From: an uncultured Pirellulaceae bacterium
GTDB taxonomy: Bacteria; Planctomycetota; Planctomycetia; Pirellulales; Pirellulaceae
NCBI GenBank assembly: GCA_964652675.1
Contig: CAZZDZ010000005.1
Location: forward strand, 1 to 50,393
Reading direction: 5' to 3'
DNA length: 50,393 nucleotides
Shown here: piece after piece, positions 48,588 through 50,393 of the stretch
Numbering within the stretch: the stretch's first letter is position 1
Layout: every line of letters starts with the position of its first letter
Made by a program: the position numbers and the translations under genes
Notes under the pieces: generated by a model
What the model saw: only the letters and a program-made list of their open reading frames with translations
Told to the model about the DNA's origin: nothing
Databases searched by the model: none

Positions 48588-50201
48588 TTACTTGTTTTCT
48601 TGTAGCCGCTCTTGGGCTTCGCTGATTAGCGGCGCCAATTCGGTATTGTTGCCGTACAGATCGATCAAGCTGTACCAGATCTTTCTGGCTTCAACGAGAC
48701 GTGATTCTTTTAGCAGCTTATCGGCTTTGTCCAATTGATCGCGAACGATGCGCGAAGCTTCGGTATCTTTCTCACTCGTTTTTTCCAGCGATGCGATTTT
48801 TGCTTTCGCTGCGTTCACCGCGACTTTGTATTTTTCGTCGTCCCCAAGCACGGTGACCATACTGCGATACAAATCCAACGCTTTGGAAACGTCACCGATG
48901 TCGACAAACGCTTGGGCACGCTTGTGTAATTTTTCGCCTTGGTCATTGATTGGGAAGTTGTTTTTAATTTTGACGCCCAGCTGATGGAAAAACAGAATCA
49001 CGTCAATTCGGTCGATTTGTCCGCGCGCCCAAGTGGCATGCTCCCCATCGGGAAATCGGCGCAACAGTTGGCGTAACGGATGCAATTTGGCTTCGGATAA
49101 TGCCGATCGCGTATCCTCCGCGATCAATACTTCTGCTTTCTGACGCAAAGACGATTCGCTTGCCGGCCAAGCGACCCATGCCAAGACGACAAAAATCAAA
49201 ACCATCAAAGACAACAACACCCACGATTTGTCATGCCAAAGAGTCGCATCAGGAATCTCGTCTTTCCTGTCCAAGTCGACCACGTCGCGTCCAAGCAACG
49301 TTCGTGCTTCATCGCGTTCTTTCTGGTCTGTCATTTGCAACGCACTAAAGCCCGATGACGCATGCTCGGCGACACCTGTGCGAGACATCGCGCGTTTACG
49401 CACTTCTGCCAACGCCAGCTTTACGGCGTTGGCGTTTTGCGGTCGTTTGGCGGGATCTTTTTCCAATAACTGCGAGACAAGTTTGTCCAGCCAGATCGGA
49501 CAATCCAAAACGACCTTTGCTGGAGCGATGGGTTTTTGAAAATTAACATTGCCACGGACTTCTTCGACGCTGCTGCCAGAGATTGGCGGCTCACCCGTAA
49601 TCGCCCAATACAAAACAGCGCCCAACGCGTACAAATCGGAACTCGTCGTCGACGTGGAATCCGCAACCAATTCCGGCGATTGCAATGCAACTTGTGTTGG
49701 GGTGATCGGCTGATTGGTTTTGTAGGGAGTTTGACCGCGGTTGATACGGACGTCCAACAAAACGGGACTTAGACCAGCGATCATGATTTTGTCGGGGCGG
49801 ACCGCACCGTGTACGATCTTGTTTTTGTGCAAATACTCCAGGGCGTTAGCAAGCGGTTCGGCTAAATCCAAAACCGATTCCCACGACAGCCGTCCCAACC
49901 GATTGATTTGCGACTGAAGCGTTTCGCCTTCGATCAACTCGTGCGCCAAGTATGCGTCGGTTTCTTCAAACCCGCCACCAAAGCACTTCACAATGGCTGG
50001 GTGCTGGACTTTCTTTAACAACTCCCATTCGTTTGCGAATGCCATTCGCGCCTCAGGTGTTCCACCAAAAGGAGCAGCAAAAATCTTAACCGCCACGGCG
50101 CGTTGCATCTGAACATGAACGGCGCGCCAGACCGAACTTTGCGACGGTTCGTCGCCCAGTTTCGATTCGATCGCGAGTGGTCCAAGACGGCTGCGTGGCA
50201 T
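48588..50201 (-). CDS. Membrane Ser/Thr kinase-fold protein (probable pseudokinase)
   Basis: VAVK, HPAIV, SPE and SDLYALG are retained, but HRD is replaced by HGA and DFG by DVR; one TM and a TPR-like external domain. Confidence 0.85.
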   Translation of the reverse strand: MPRSRLGPLAIESKLGDEPSQSSVWRAVHVQMQRAVAVKIFAAPFGGTPEARMAFANEWELLKKVQHPAIVKCFGGGFEETDAYLAHELIEGETLQSQINRLGRLSWESVLDLAEPLANALEYLHKNKIVHGAVRPDKIMIAGLSPVLLDVRINRGQTPYKTNQPITPTQVALQSPELVADSTSTTSSDLYALGAVLYWAITGEPPISGSSVEEVRGNVNFQKPIAPAKVVLDCPIWLDKLVSQLLEKDPAKRPQNANAVKLALAEVRKRAMSRTGVAEHASSGFSALQMTDQKERDEARTLLGRDVVDLDRKDEIPDATLWHDKSWVLLSLMVLIFVVLAWVAWPASESSLRQKAEVLIAEDTRSALSEAKLHPLRQLLRRFPDGEHATWARGQIDRIDVILFFHQLGVKIKNNFPINDQGEKLHKRAQAFVDIGDVSKALDLYRSMVTVLGDDEKYKVAVNAAKAKIASLEKTSEKDTEASRIVRDQLDKADKLLKESRLVEARKIWYSLIDLYGNNTELAPLISEAQERLQENK

Positions 50202-50393
50202 AAGAGAATTCTAAATTCGACAAGTTAAGTTGTGAGTCGAAGGGCGCTCACGATTTTGAAAAGACGTTCATTCAGTATAGCGAGACAAACCGGGGTGCCG
50301 GTTACCAATTGCGCGAATTGCCGTGACGCGCAAAACGCTTGTGTAACGCGCACTGCCGCGATGCAAAAATGTGAACACTGTCTGTTACAATTG

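Overview
Gene-dense bacterial DNA that looks like a Planctomycete (Pirellulaceae-like). The evidence is the DUF1559 prepilin-type protein, a PVC-type heme-binding CxxCH protein, a Lys-rich histone-like protein and the DUF3299 cluster. It holds about 42 genes, mostly housekeeping or lineage-typical (hemA, ComEC, prolyl oligopeptidase, Mrp, metK, pepT, exbD x2). I saw no rRNA, tRNA, CRISPR array or IS element. The most interesting signals are: (1) an unannotated Rdx/SelW-type selenoprotein gene (345..97, minus strand) with an in-frame UGA in a CxxU motif and a bacterial SECIS-like hairpin, at the end of the hemX/ccsA-hemA operon and missed by the ORF track; (2) a stand-alone SenB-like selenosugar synthase with no senA or selD next to it; (3) an RbfA-paralog + RtcB two-gene unit preceded by a leader with short ORFs carrying ribosome-stalling-like motifs, a candidate ribosome/RNA repair system; (4) four short tandem duplications that each span a gene's TAA stop codon; (5) a TonB-like-anchored vWA protein and an ExbD pair with no ExbB, plus a pseudokinase and a pseudo-enhancer-binding protein. 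All family assignments come from motif recognition by eye, not database searches.
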